A DNA stretch of 64,000 nucleotides from Christensenella sp. UBA7862 (GTDB lineage: Bacteria; Bacillota; Clostridia; Christensenellales; UBA1242): the NCBI GenBank assembly GCA_002500135.1, contig DLSM01000010.1, forward strand, positions 69,063 through 133,062. The letters run 5' to 3'. Position 1 is the stretch's first letter. Every line of letters starts with the position of its first letter. This document shows positions 43,664 to 53,308 of this stretch, piece by piece. Position numbers and translations under genes: made by a program. Below the pieces are notes generated by a model that worked only from the letters and a program-made list of their open reading frames with translations, was not told where the DNA came from and ran no database searches.

Positions 43664-45109
43664 TTGGAAAAGAATGATATCCCAAAGGTTACACTTCATA
43701 ATATAGATAAGTCGTCTTATATTAGACAATTGGCTGAAACCGAAAGACAAATTAATGCATATAAAAACATTGTTAGGTATGGTATAAGCAATTCAATTAA
43801 ACATGTTTTTAAAATAAATGGCGATTGTTTCAGTGTTTTTGACAAAAGAGCAGGTGGTGTGCTTTTTAAAGATTGGGAATGGGAACTTATACCTAATTCA
43901 AATCCCCTAAAGAATCTTTTTGAAACTAGGGATCAGGATTGTTTGACCTATTGTTTGGATACTGATGAAGGTAAGATGCTTCGTGGTGCTGATACATATT
44001 ATTATTTTCTCACAAATAAGGGTAAATCACAAAAAGTCGATATAAATATGGTTTACGAATGGACAAAAAACAATGTTTTGTTCATGGATAATTTTCTAAA
44101 AGTTCTTCCTGAGGTAAAAAATGTTGATGTGAATAGTAGGCGATTGCTCTTGGGGGTATTGGATAATGTTAGAAATATATCACTTATTATGTTGAATTCA
44201 AGTATAATAAATTATTCAGATAAGCAGAGTTCAATTTTAGGTTTGTCAGACAACAAGGAAAACGAGGATATCAGCAAGTGGTCATTGTCTTGTCAAAATA
44301 TTGAAAAGTACATGAAAATGTTATGTTTTTCTGACAAGTTAGATGATTCATTTGTAGGTGATATTCACGAAACGGTTGGAAATGCTGCCAAAAATTTATT
44401 GTCTGATGTGAAATCTATTTTTGATAGACAGAACAGTGTAAATCTAGATAAGTCTTTTAGAAGTTATAGAGAAATTGATAACTTTATAGAAAATTACATA
44501 GCAGTCAACTATGCTTTACAAGAAATAAAGAGAAGAAAACCCGAGGTATTAAATAAGCAAATCAACTTTATAGGAGCTACTTATGGGGGACTTGAGTTGC
44601 CATTTATTGCAAATGAAATTTTGAATAATGAGATTTCAATGTCAGCAATTATTTTACAGAGCAAGTATAAAGATAGAAAACCAGAAGATTATTTGAATAA
44701 AGAGTTAAAAACTCAAAATTTGGACAAAGCAAGTAGGATATACAATATACTTGGAGATGACAATGTTTTGTCTGGGAAAACACTGCAATCAATAATCAAT
44801 TTATTATTCACAAATGATATTCCAATAAACAATATAACTATTGTAAGATATCCATCAATTAACAGAGTAAACCAGATGATTGCTGAAGATTCAGCGATTG
44901 ATACAACAAAATTTTTTGACTATATACAAGGATTGGTTTTTACAAGCCCTTACACAAAAATAAAAACGGAAAGCAATGCATTATATTTAGATGAACTTGG
45001 GATATTTAATAAAGATAGACGAAGATTATTAGAATATCTTTTTAAAAATGGAAGATATGCTGAAAATAGTGAAGTGGCAAGTATTGAAGAAATGTATCAA
45101 AGGAGATAA
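43664..45109 (+). CDS. hypothetical 481-aa protein with C-terminal type-I phosphoribosyltransferase (PRTase)-like domain
   Basis: TTG start 9 nt after AGGAG. The C-terminal 170 aa follow the PRTase layout: INFIGATYGGLELPFIANEIL (hood/alpha), ISMSAIILQSKYKDR, then YNILGDDNVLSGKTLQSIINLL (acidic pair plus PRPP loop, D-D-x-x-x-S-G-x-T). The N-terminal 300 aa have no recognisable family. Very AT-rich. Confidence 0.6.
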   Translation: MEKNDIPKVTLHNIDKSSYIRQLAETERQINAYKNIVRYGISNSIKHVFKINGDCFSVFDKRAGGVLFKDWEWELIPNSNPLKNLFETRDQDCLTYCLDTDEGKMLRGADTYYYFLTNKGKSQKVDINMVYEWTKNNVLFMDNFLKVLPEVKNVDVNSRRLLLGVLDNVRNISLIMLNSSIINYSDKQSSILGLSDNKENEDISKWSLSCQNIEKYMKMLCFSDKLDDSFVGDIHETVGNAAKNLLSDVKSIFDRQNSVNLDKSFRSYREIDNFIENYIAVNYALQEIKRRKPEVLNKQINFIGATYGGLELPFIANEILNNEISMSAIILQSKYKDRKPEDYLNKELKTQNLDKASRIYNILGDDNVLSGKTLQSIINLLFTNDIPINNITIVRYPSINRVNQMIAEDSAIDTTKFFDYIQGLVFTSPYTKIKTESNALYLDELGIFNKDRRRLLEYLFKNGRYAENSEVASIEEMYQRR

Positions 45110-45112
45110 ATT

Positions 45113-45595
45113 ATGATAAAATTAGAACAGTATCGTGACCCATGGCTTGCGGAGAAGATGGATGAATTTATTGGATTTTATCCAAGGGAATTCTTTGTTT
45201 TTGACAACTTTTCGTCTTTCAGAGTTCTGGTTGACGGAACTTTATATTGCACAGTGGAACACGCTTATCAAGCAATCAAGTTTTTGGAAACAGCACCAGA
45301 AATTGCTGAACAAATAACAAATTGTTATTCCGCTCATGACGCACAAAAAATTGCCTATGCAAACAAGGATAAGCAATGCAAAAATTGGGATGATATCAAA
45401 CTTCAAGTTATGGAGAAGTTGTTGCGACTTAAGTTAGCACAAAACCCATATGTAAAGAAGAAATTGCTTGAAACTGGTGATTTGCTTATTTGCGAAGATT
45501 CACCAAAAGATAGTTTTTGGGGGATAGGACCAAATAGAGATGGACGAAACGAACTTGGCAAACTTTGGATGAAGTTGCGTGAAGAATTAAGATAG
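45113..45595 (+). CDS. NADAR-family protein (YbiA/DUF1768-type N-glycosidase)
   Basis: 160 aa. FFVFDNFSSFRVLVDGTLYCTVEHAYQAIKF...LLETGDLLICEDSPKDSFWGIG matches the NADAR signature (F.FLSNF......G..Y.S.EH.YQ..K...L..T....L.E.....D..WG.G). The RBS AGGAGA lies inside the upstream gene's last codons. Confidence 0.8.
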   Translation: MIKLEQYRDPWLAEKMDEFIGFYPREFFVFDNFSSFRVLVDGTLYCTVEHAYQAIKFLETAPEIAEQITNCYSAHDAQKIAYANKDKQCKNWDDIKLQVMEKLLRLKLAQNPYVKKKLLETGDLLICEDSPKDSFWGIGPNRDGRNELGKLWMKLREELR

Positions 45596-45630
45596 ATTCG
45601 GCTAAATTGTAAGAAATTGGGAATAATTTG

Positions 45631-45659
45631 AAAAAATAGGGCTTTAAACCCTATTTTTT
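45631..45659 (+). terminator. intrinsic terminator after NADAR gene
   Basis: AAAAAATAGGG-CTTTAAA-CCCTATTTTTT. Confidence 0.65.
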
Positions 45660-45731
45660 ATGTCATTTTTGTTGACAAATTGGGGACAAATATATAAAAT
45701 TTTCTTTGTGATTTTTAAAGGAGAAAAATAA

Positions 45732-48365
45732 ATGGCAAAAAAATACGTTTATCTATTCAGCGAAGGAAACTCCAAAATGAGAGAAATTTTGGGCGGAAAA
45801 GGTGCTAACTTGGCTGAAATGACCAATCTTGGACTTCCAGTTCCACAAGGCTTTACAATTTCAACAGAAGCCTGCACGCAATATTATGAAGACGGTCGTC
45901 AAATCAATGACCAAATTCAAAAGGAAATTATGGAATACATTGCCAAAATGGAAAAGATTACTGGAAAGAAGTTTGGCGACAAAGAAAACCCACTTTTGGT
46001 GTCTGTTAGAAGCGGTGCAAGGGCAAGTATGCCTGGCATGATGGACACAATATTGAACCTTGGACTTAATGAAGAAGTTGTTGAAGTCTTGTCCAAAAAA
46101 TCTGGCAATCCACGTTGGGCATGGGACTGCTACAGAAGATTTATCCAAATGTATAGCGATGTCGTTATGGAAGTTGGCAAGAAATATTTTGAACAACTTA
46201 TCGACAAAATGAAAAAGGAAAAAGGTGTTAAACTTGACACAGAACTCACAGCAAGTGACCTTGCAGAACTTGCACATGAGTTTAAAGCAGAATACAAAGC
46301 AAAAATTGGGCAAGATTTCCCAAGTGATCCAAAGGAACAACTTATGGGAGCAATTAAAGCTGTGTTTAGGTCATGGGACAATCCAAGAGCAAACTACTAC
46401 AGAATGCAAAACGACATTCCATACAGCTGGGGAACTGCTGTTAATGTTCAAATGATGGTGTTTGGAAACATGGGCGAAACAAGTGGCACAGGTGTTGCTT
46501 TCACTCGTAACCCAGCCACTGGCGAAAAGAAACTTATGGGCGAATTTTTGATGAATGCACAAGGTGAAGACGTTGTTGCTGGTGTCAGAACTCCAATGCC
46601 TATTGCAAAAATGGCAGAAATTATGCCAGAAGTTTATACACAATTCCAAGAAATTTGCAAAACTCTTGAAGGACACTACAAAGATATGCAAGATATGGAA
46701 TTCACTATAGAAGACAAGAAGTTGTATATGCTTCAAACAAGAAACGGCAAGAGAACTGCACGTGCAGCACTCAAAATTGCTTGCGATTTTGTTGACGAAG
46801 GAATGATTACAGAACAAGAAGCTCTTATGCAAATTGACCCAAAGAGCCTTGACAGCCTTCTTCACCCACAATTTGACCCACAAGCATTGAAAGATGCAAA
46901 ACCAGTGGCACAAGCGCTTGCTGCTTCTCCTGGGGCAGGGTGCGGGGCTATTGTGTTTACAGCTGAAGACGCAGTGGCTCGTGGCAAAAACAAAGAAAGA
47001 GTTGTGCTTGTCCGTCTTGAAACTTCTCCAGAAGACATTGAAGGCATGCACTATGCTCAAGGCGTTCTAACTGTTCGTGGCGGAATGACTTCTCACGCAG
47101 CAGTTGTTGCTCGTGGCATGGGAACTTGCTGTGTTTCTGGCTGCGGCGAAATTGAAATGGACGAAAAGAACAAATGCTTCACCCTTGCTGGAAGAACTTA
47201 TCATGAAGGGGATATTATCTCCATTGACGGCTCAACAGGCAAGATTTATGGCGAAGAAATTAAAACTGTGCCAGCGAACACAAATGACGGCGACTTTGGC
47301 AGAATTATGGCATGGGCTGACAAATATAAAGCACTTGAAATCAGAACAAATGCCGACACTCCAAAAGACGCAAAACAAGCCAAACTCTTTGGCGCACAAG
47401 GCATCGGTCTTTGCAGAACAGAACACATGTTCTTTGACCCAGACAGAATTTCTGCAATAAGAGAAATGATTTGCTCTGACACTCTTGAACAACGTGAAAA
47501 AGCATTGAGCAAACTTGAACCAATGCAACAAGGTGACTTTGAACAACTTTACGAAGCAATGGAAGGACTTCCAGTTAACATTCGTTATCTTGACCCACCT
47601 CTACACGAATTTGTGCCAACTGAAGAAGCAGACATTGCTCTTCTTGCCAAATCTCAAGGCAAAACTGTTGCTCAAGTAAAACAAATTATTGCTTCTCTTC
47701 ATGAATTTAACCCAATGATGGGACACCGTGGCTGCAGACTTGCAGTTACATTCCCAGAAATTGCCGTTATGCAAACAACTGCAGTTATAAAGGCTGCTCT
47801 CAATGTCAGCAAAAAACACAACTGGAATATCGTTCCAGAAACTATGATTCCACTTGTTGGGGAAGTGAAAGAACTTGCTTATGTCAAGAAAATTGTTTGC
47901 GAAACTGCAGACAAACTTATAAAAGAAGCAAAATCTAACATGAAATATAAAGTCGGCACAATGATTGAAATTCCACGTGCTGCACTTATGGCTGACAAGA
48001 TTGCTGAAGAAGCAGAATTCTTCTCATTCGGAACAAATGACCTAACACAAATGACCTTTGGCTTCAGCCGTGATGACGCTGGCAAATTCTTGGGTTCATA
48101 TTATGAAAAGAAAATTTATGAATCTGACCCATTTGCACGTCTTGACCAAGAAGGCGTTGGCAAACTTGTTGAAATGGCAGCAAAACTTGGAAGAAGTACC
48201 CGCCCAGACCTTCACCTTGGAATTTGTGGTGAACATGGCGGCGACCCAAGTTCAATCGACTTCTGCCACAGAGTTGGACTTAACTATGTTTCTTGCTCTC
48301 CATTCCGTGTTCCTATTGCACGTCTTGCAGCAGCACAAGCAAACATCAGAAATCCAAGAAAATAA
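45732..48365 (+). CDS. ppdK: pyruvate, phosphate dikinase
   Basis: 877 aa. GGKGANLAEM ATP-grasp start, GGMTSHAAVVARG phospho-His motif, C-terminal PEP-utilising TIM barrel (GICGE). Confidence 0.97.
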   Translation: MAKKYVYLFSEGNSKMREILGGKGANLAEMTNLGLPVPQGFTISTEACTQYYEDGRQINDQIQKEIMEYIAKMEKITGKKFGDKENPLLVSVRSGARASMPGMMDTILNLGLNEEVVEVLSKKSGNPRWAWDCYRRFIQMYSDVVMEVGKKYFEQLIDKMKKEKGVKLDTELTASDLAELAHEFKAEYKAKIGQDFPSDPKEQLMGAIKAVFRSWDNPRANYYRMQNDIPYSWGTAVNVQMMVFGNMGETSGTGVAFTRNPATGEKKLMGEFLMNAQGEDVVAGVRTPMPIAKMAEIMPEVYTQFQEICKTLEGHYKDMQDMEFTIEDKKLYMLQTRNGKRTARAALKIACDFVDEGMITEQEALMQIDPKSLDSLLHPQFDPQALKDAKPVAQALAASPGAGCGAIVFTAEDAVARGKNKERVVLVRLETSPEDIEGMHYAQGVLTVRGGMTSHAAVVARGMGTCCVSGCGEIEMDEKNKCFTLAGRTYHEGDIISIDGSTGKIYGEEIKTVPANTNDGDFGRIMAWADKYKALEIRTNADTPKDAKQAKLFGAQGIGLCRTEHMFFDPDRISAIREMICSDTLEQREKALSKLEPMQQGDFEQLYEAMEGLPVNIRYLDPPLHEFVPTEEADIALLAKSQGKTVAQVKQIIASLHEFNPMMGHRGCRLAVTFPEIAVMQTTAVIKAALNVSKKHNWNIVPETMIPLVGEVKELAYVKKIVCETADKLIKEAKSNMKYKVGTMIEIPRAALMADKIAEEAEFFSFGTNDLTQMTFGFSRDDAGKFLGSYYEKKIYESDPFARLDQEGVGKLVEMAAKLGRSTRPDLHLGICGEHGGDPSSIDFCHRVGLNYVSCSPFRVPIARLAAAQANIRNPRK

Positions 48366-48407
48366 TCTCACAACTTGTCTTGGCACAAAAAGTATATATT
48401 CTACAAC

Positions 48408-48438
48408 CAAAAACAGCACTTATCTGGTGCTGTTTTTG
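48408..48438. terminator. bidirectional intrinsic terminator
   Basis: AAACAGCAC-TTATCTG-GTGCTGTTT with A/T flanks, between convergent genes. Confidence 0.75.
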
Positions 48439-48444
48439 CTATTA

Positions 48445-49599
48445 TCACTTAAGTTGCGACATTTTGGCAAGTTCTGATATGGCTTTTGCAAGCACATTTA
48501 TGTCGTGATAAGAATTTTTGAAATCTACTCCCACACGAGTAAGTCCACTTTCCATCGTTCCCAAAAACTTGTGTGCAAGCGGGGCACAATGAAGCCCACC
48601 ACGGGAGGCAATGTGATATTTGTCACTCAAAAAATCTGTCACTTCAATGGAGTCAAAGCCCGCAACGGAAAATGCAACAACTCCATATGTGTTGTCAAGA
48701 TTTGAATAAATCCTAACTCCTTTAATATCTCGCAATTTGCTTATCATATATTGTGTCAACTTTGCAACTTTTTTTGTGTGATTATCAAAATGATGTTCAA
48801 TATATTTTGCTCCCGCAGACAAACTTGCAATAAGCGGACTTGCAACTGTTCCACTTTCATAACACTCAGGTGGAACAGTTGGCTGTAACAGATTTTCACT
48901 TTCTGTCCCCGTTCCGCCAAAAGTTATTGGGGCGGGATAGATCTTGGAATTTATGCACAATGCTCCAATGCCTTGCGGAGTGAGCAATCCTTTGTGCCCA
49001 GAGAAGGCAAGAAAGTTTATGTGCGACTTTTTCATATCTATTTTTATGTGTCCAACACCTTGTGCGTCATCAAGCAAAAATAATATTCCATTCTTGTAGC
49101 ACAATGCTCCCACATCTTCAAAATTGTTTCTGTTGCCCGTTACATTTGAAATAGCGGTCAAACACACAAGAAAAGTATTTTTCTTTATGACCGAGGCGAT
49201 GTCGCTTGCGGTGATAAATTTTTTATTTTTTGGGCTAACAACTGTCAGCGTAATTTCACCCAAACTTTCAAGGTGATGAAGAGGTCTTAAAACGGAATTA
49301 TGCTCAAAACAACTGCAAATGACGTGTTTTCCTTTGTTTTTTCTGCAAAGACCTAGAATTGCAATGTTCAACGCTTCAGTCGCATTTTTTGTAAAAATTA
49401 CATCTTCTGGCTCAATATTTCCAAATTGTCTTGCCAAATTTTCACGAGTTTGCCAAATCATGGCGGCATTTTTGACGGCAAGCGTGTGACCGCCACGACC
49501 GGGGTTGGCACTTAAGGAAAGATATTTCAAAAAAGCCCTTTTTACACATTTTGGCTTGTAATGGCTGGTGGCTGGGGTGTCAAGATAAATAGTTTTCAT
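48445..49599 (-). CDS. class V aminotransferase-fold PLP enzyme (cysteine desulfurase-like)
   Basis: ATG at 49599 (GAGG RBS). LDTPATS..., FLAFSGHKGLLTPQGIGAL (PLP-Lys region SGHK), C-terminal RGGLHCAP motif. Confidence 0.8.
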   Translation of the reverse strand: MKTIYLDTPATSHYKPKCVKRAFLKYLSLSANPGRGGHTLAVKNAAMIWQTRENLARQFGNIEPEDVIFTKNATEALNIAILGLCRKNKGKHVICSCFEHNSVLRPLHHLESLGEITLTVVSPKNKKFITASDIASVIKKNTFLVCLTAISNVTGNRNNFEDVGALCYKNGILFLLDDAQGVGHIKIDMKKSHINFLAFSGHKGLLTPQGIGALCINSKIYPAPITFGGTGTESENLLQPTVPPECYESGTVASPLIASLSAGAKYIEHHFDNHTKKVAKLTQYMISKLRDIKGVRIYSNLDNTYGVVAFSVAGFDSIEVTDFLSDKYHIASRGGLHCAPLAHKFLGTMESGLTRVGVDFKNSYHDINVLAKAISELAKMSQLK

Positions 49600-49735
49600 A
49601 TTCAACCTCAAAACATTTTATGTGTTTTTGAGTTTTGTTGTGTTTATAAACATTATTTTGAAAAAGATAATATAGTGGTTTGAGAGAAAGATGTTTCATG
49701 GGTCTTTCTCAAAAAGTCTGAAAAGAGGGAATAAA

Positions 49736-49978
49736 ATGTATTATCTTGTGGTCTTTAGGGCAAGGAGCGAAACAATGAAGTTTGCCAGCATATTGTCGTC
49801 TTATGGAGTTAAAAGCACTATTGTAAACACCCCAAGGCAAATTGCTGTGTCGTGCGGAATTTCCGTTAAAGTTGATGCAAACGCACTTAATATTTGCAAA
49901 CAAATTTTGTCACGAAGGCAATTTTGGACTTTCGGCGGCATTTATCTCATGCAAAATGACTCTTATGTGCAACAATAA
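49736..49978 (+). CDS. DUF3343-like small protein (putative S/Se carrier-like)
   Basis: ATG at 49736 after GAGGGA. MYYLVVFRARSETMKFASILSSYGVKSTIVNTPRQIAVSCGISVKV resembles the DUF3343 pattern (...P.....C). Confidence 0.5.
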   Translation: MYYLVVFRARSETMKFASILSSYGVKSTIVNTPRQIAVSCGISVKVDANALNICKQILSRRQFWTFGGIYLMQNDSYVQQ

Positions 49979-50028
49979 GGTTGATTAAACACACATTTTG
50001 TGCTAAACTTTGTCAAAGGATAGGAAAA

Positions 50029-50685
50029 ATGCAAGCAAAAGAAGTTTATGAAACACTGCTACAAAGATTTGGTGATAGAAGTTGTGAACTTGATTTTCGC
50101 AACAATTTTGAACTAATTGTGGCAGTGATTTTATCAGCCAGATGTACGGACAAGCGTGTAAATATTGTAACGAAAGACTTGTTTAAGCACTACAAAACTC
50201 CTCAAGATTTGGCAAACACAAATGTTGACGAATTATCAAAAGAAATTTACTCCTGTGGCTTTTATAGAAATAAAGCGAAAAATCTTATCCTTATGGCAAA
50301 AGATTTGTGCGAAAGATTTTCTGGCGAAGTGCCAAATAATTATCAAGACCTAGTAAGTCTTGCTGGAGTGGGCAGAAAAACGGCAAATGTTGTGCTATAT
50401 GTGGGCTTTGGCGTGCCAGCCATTGCCGTTGATACTCATGTTTTCAGAGTTTCAAACAGACTGGCTTTAGTTAATGCCAAAACACCTCTTGAATGTGAAC
50501 TTTCGCTTCAAAAACAAATAGACAAGTCCTCGTGGGGCAGATTTCATCATCTTTTGGTGCTTTTTGGAAGATACATTTGTTCCTCACGCTCGCCAGCGTG
50601 CAGCGATTGCGAATTTAAGACAAAATGTCCTTATTTTGCTCAAAAAAAGCGTAAAAAAGTGGCAAAAAGTGAATTTTCTAATTAA
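50029..50685 (+). CDS. nth: endonuclease III
   Basis: HhH-GPD (LAGVGRKTANVVL), catalytic Lys/Asp context, C-terminal 4Fe-4S cluster Cx6Cx2Cx5C (CSSRSPACSDCEFKTKC). Confidence 0.93.
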   Translation: MQAKEVYETLLQRFGDRSCELDFRNNFELIVAVILSARCTDKRVNIVTKDLFKHYKTPQDLANTNVDELSKEIYSCGFYRNKAKNLILMAKDLCERFSGEVPNNYQDLVSLAGVGRKTANVVLYVGFGVPAIAVDTHVFRVSNRLALVNAKTPLECELSLQKQIDKSSWGRFHHLLVLFGRYICSSRSPACSDCEFKTKCPYFAQKKRKKVAKSEFSN

Positions 50686-50799
50686 AATCTAAAAAAATAA
50701 TAAATTTGAACCAAATAAAAAGTAAATGTGTAAAAATGTTTAGAAAATTGTCAAATTTGTTGTATAATATATGTAGAAAGTTAAATTTTGGAGGCAGAT

Positions 50800-52068
50800 A
50801 TGTTTGTTGACAGAGTTAATATAAAGATTAAAGCAGGCGATGGCGGGAAAGGTGCCATTTCTTTTAGACGTGCAAAGGGAATTCCGAATGGCGGGCCAGA
50901 CGGTGGCAATGGTGGACGTGGCGGGAACATTGTTTTTCGTGCGACAAAAGATTTGAACAATCTTGTTGCTTTCCGTTTTCAATCGCATTTTAAGGCTCAA
51001 AATGGTGAACCGGGTGGCAAAAAAAGTTGCAACGGCAAAAGTGGACAAGACCTTGTTATAAAAGTGCCACAAGGGACAATTATAAAAGACGCCGAAACGG
51101 GCAAGGTTATTGCGGACTTGTTCTATCTTGACAAGGACTATGTAATTTTGCGTGGCGGTGACGGCGGAAAAGGCAATGAGTTCTTCAAATCACCAACACG
51201 TCAAGCACCTCACTTTTCTCAAATGGGTGAAGCAACAAAAGAACACACCGTCACCCTTGAACTAAAAGTCCTTGCAGACGTTGGCTTGATTGGTTTTCCA
51301 AATGTTGGCAAAAGCACACTTTTGTCTGTTATTTCAAACGCAAAGCCAAAAATTGCAAACTATCACTTCACAACTCTCAGCCCAAATCTTGGCGTTGTGA
51401 AATATTATGACCACAGTTTTGTTGTGGCAGACATTCCTGGGCTTATTGAAGGAGCAAGCGAAGGACAGGGCTTAGGTCATGAATTTTTAAGACACATTGA
51501 AAGAACTCGTATGCTTGTTCATGTGGTGGATATTTCCGAAGCAGACGGCAGACAAGCATACAATGATTATCTTACAATCAACGAAGAACTTACAAAATTT
51601 AACAAGGTTCTTGGCGAATTGCCACAAATTGTTGTGCTTAACAAAATTGACCAAATAAGAGATTATTTTGTTGTTGAAGAATTTAAGCATAGATTAAACA
51701 ATAGCAAAATTAAGGTTATTTGCGTTTCGGCACTGTGCAGAGAAAACATTGAAGAACTTGTGCGTGAAATGTGGAAAACTCTTGAAACTTTGCCGCCTCA
51801 AGTGCCAGTTGATGTGGAAGAGTTTGGCTTTGACGAACAAGACAAAACGGCAATTAACATCGAAAAATTGTCGGGCGATACCTATGAACTTTCGGGCGGG
51901 TTTATTGAAAATATTTCTCGTGGAATTGTCGTCAACGATTATGAGTCTTTGTCATATTTCTGGAAACGTCTTAAAAATGACGGCATAATTGATATGCTAA
52001 AAGAAAAAGGTGTCAAAGACGGTGACACTGTAAAAATTGGCAGTGTAGAATTTGAATTTGTGGAATAA
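50800..52068 (+). CDS. obg: GTPase Obg/CgtA
   Basis: MFVDRVNIKIKAGDGGKGAISFRR Obg fold, GFPNVGKSTL G1, C-terminal TGS-like OCT domain. Confidence 0.96.
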   Translation: MFVDRVNIKIKAGDGGKGAISFRRAKGIPNGGPDGGNGGRGGNIVFRATKDLNNLVAFRFQSHFKAQNGEPGGKKSCNGKSGQDLVIKVPQGTIIKDAETGKVIADLFYLDKDYVILRGGDGGKGNEFFKSPTRQAPHFSQMGEATKEHTVTLELKVLADVGLIGFPNVGKSTLLSVISNAKPKIANYHFTTLSPNLGVVKYYDHSFVVADIPGLIEGASEGQGLGHEFLRHIERTRMLVHVVDISEADGRQAYNDYLTINEELTKFNKVLGELPQIVVLNKIDQIRDYFVVEEFKHRLNNSKIKVICVSALCRENIEELVREMWKTLETLPPQVPVDVEEFGFDEQDKTAINIEKLSGDTYELSGGFIENISRGIVVNDYESLSYFWKRLKNDGIIDMLKEKGVKDGDTVKIGSVEFEFVE

Positions 52069-52077
52069 GGAGAGAAT

Positions 52078-52377
52078 ATGTTAGCATCAAAAGATAGAGC
52101 AACTTTAAGGGGCATTGCCTCAACTCAAGAAGCAGTTTGCTTTGTGGGGAAGGAAAGTCTTAGCGAAAGTTGCCTTGAAAGCATTGAAGACGCACTTGCT
52201 GCTCGTGAACTTGTAAAAGTTTCCGTGCTTCAAAATTGCGACAGCGACACAAAGTCCATTGCGAACGAAATTAGCGAAAGACTTGAATGTGACTGCGTTG
52301 GCATTGTTGGGAGAAAAATTGTTATTTACAAATATAACCCTAACAACAAAAATCATGTTTTATCAATAAAATTTTAA
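52078..52377 (+). CDS. yhbY: ribosome assembly RNA-binding protein YhbY (CRM domain)
   Basis: 99 aa. LRGIAS...VGKESLSE...AL.ARELVKV pattern of YhbY. Confidence 0.8.
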   Translation: MLASKDRATLRGIASTQEAVCFVGKESLSESCLESIEDALAARELVKVSVLQNCDSDTKSIANEISERLECDCVGIVGRKIVIYKYNPNNKNHVLSIKF

Positions 52378-53207
52378 GAGGACTTTTGTAAAGTCCTTTT
52401 TTTTGCCAAACATAAAATTGATAAGAAAAACATCACAGAACTCATCAAAACATAATAAAAATTATATCTAACTACAAGCGAGCAGAAAAATATCAAAAGT
52501 CCGCTTAAAAAATACTTTTTTGCTTTTGGCGGGTCAATGGCTTCCTTGGCTAGTTCTTTAAATTTAATTTTGTTTTGTGAAACGCTTACAAGTTCAATTT
52601 CTGGTGGGGTGGAATATTTGCAAAAATATTCATATGCCTTTGAAAAAACATAAACTTCAACCTTAACATTCTTTATTGATTGCAGCAGAGTTAAGTCTTC
52701 TTTTTGACAAGTTTGGCACAAAATAATAAGCGAATTAACCTCACTTTTTAGGGCAAATTTTGCGTGAGATAGTGCCAAAGATATGTCAAGCGGTTTTTGT
52801 TCAAGTGCAACAAATGTAAGAGTATTTTCCTTCAAATACAAATTGTTTTTCACTCGCTTGCCAAGTGTTTCGCCCACAAGCATTGTCCGTTCTTTTTGAG
52901 AAAGTGACATATAATTTATAAAAAAATCTTTTGTGTTATCCAGCAGTTGTTTTTGAGAAGTTGCGGGACGCCTTTTATCACGAAGAGCGTACCTTAAAAC
53001 ATTTAGCCCCGCCAAAATTACAAGAGAAATAGCAACCGATGTGGCAAAAGATTTTGTCACAAATCTTATCCACGCAAGAAGAAATAGAAAAATACATAAA
53101 TTGAAAAATATCCAATCAAGAAGTCTTGCAAGAGAGAATTTTTTGAACAATTTTGCGAGCGTTTCTTTAAAGTTATATGACTTTTTTGTTACATTTACAT
53201 TTTCCAT
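52374..53207 (-). CDS. hypothetical membrane protein (2 N-terminal and 2 C-terminal TM helices)
   Basis: 277-aa ORF with no recognised family. Overlaps the yhbY stop by 4 nt (convergent). Confidence 0.45.
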   Translation of the reverse strand: MENVNVTKKSYNFKETLAKLFKKFSLARLLDWIFFNLCIFLFLLAWIRFVTKSFATSVAISLVILAGLNVLRYALRDKRRPATSQKQLLDNTKDFFINYMSLSQKERTMLVGETLGKRVKNNLYLKENTLTFVALEQKPLDISLALSHAKFALKSEVNSLIILCQTCQKEDLTLLQSIKNVKVEVYVFSKAYEYFCKYSTPPEIELVSVSQNKIKFKELAKEAIDPPKAKKYFLSGLLIFFCSLVVRYNFYYVLMSSVMFFLSILCLAKKRTLQKSS

Positions 53208-53308
53208 ATCTCAATTTTTGACCAAATTATCTACAATATTCTTGTTTTGCTTGTGTTTTTTTTGCTTTTGAGTTATGCTAATAGCATAAATGTAATTTCG
53301 GAGGACTT

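Noticed and set aside
46371-47060. 229-aa ORF antisense to ppdK, plus several shorter ones at 45861-47559
   Set aside because: Shadow ORFs inside a highly conserved gene. Cys/Phe/Ser-rich nonsense composition.
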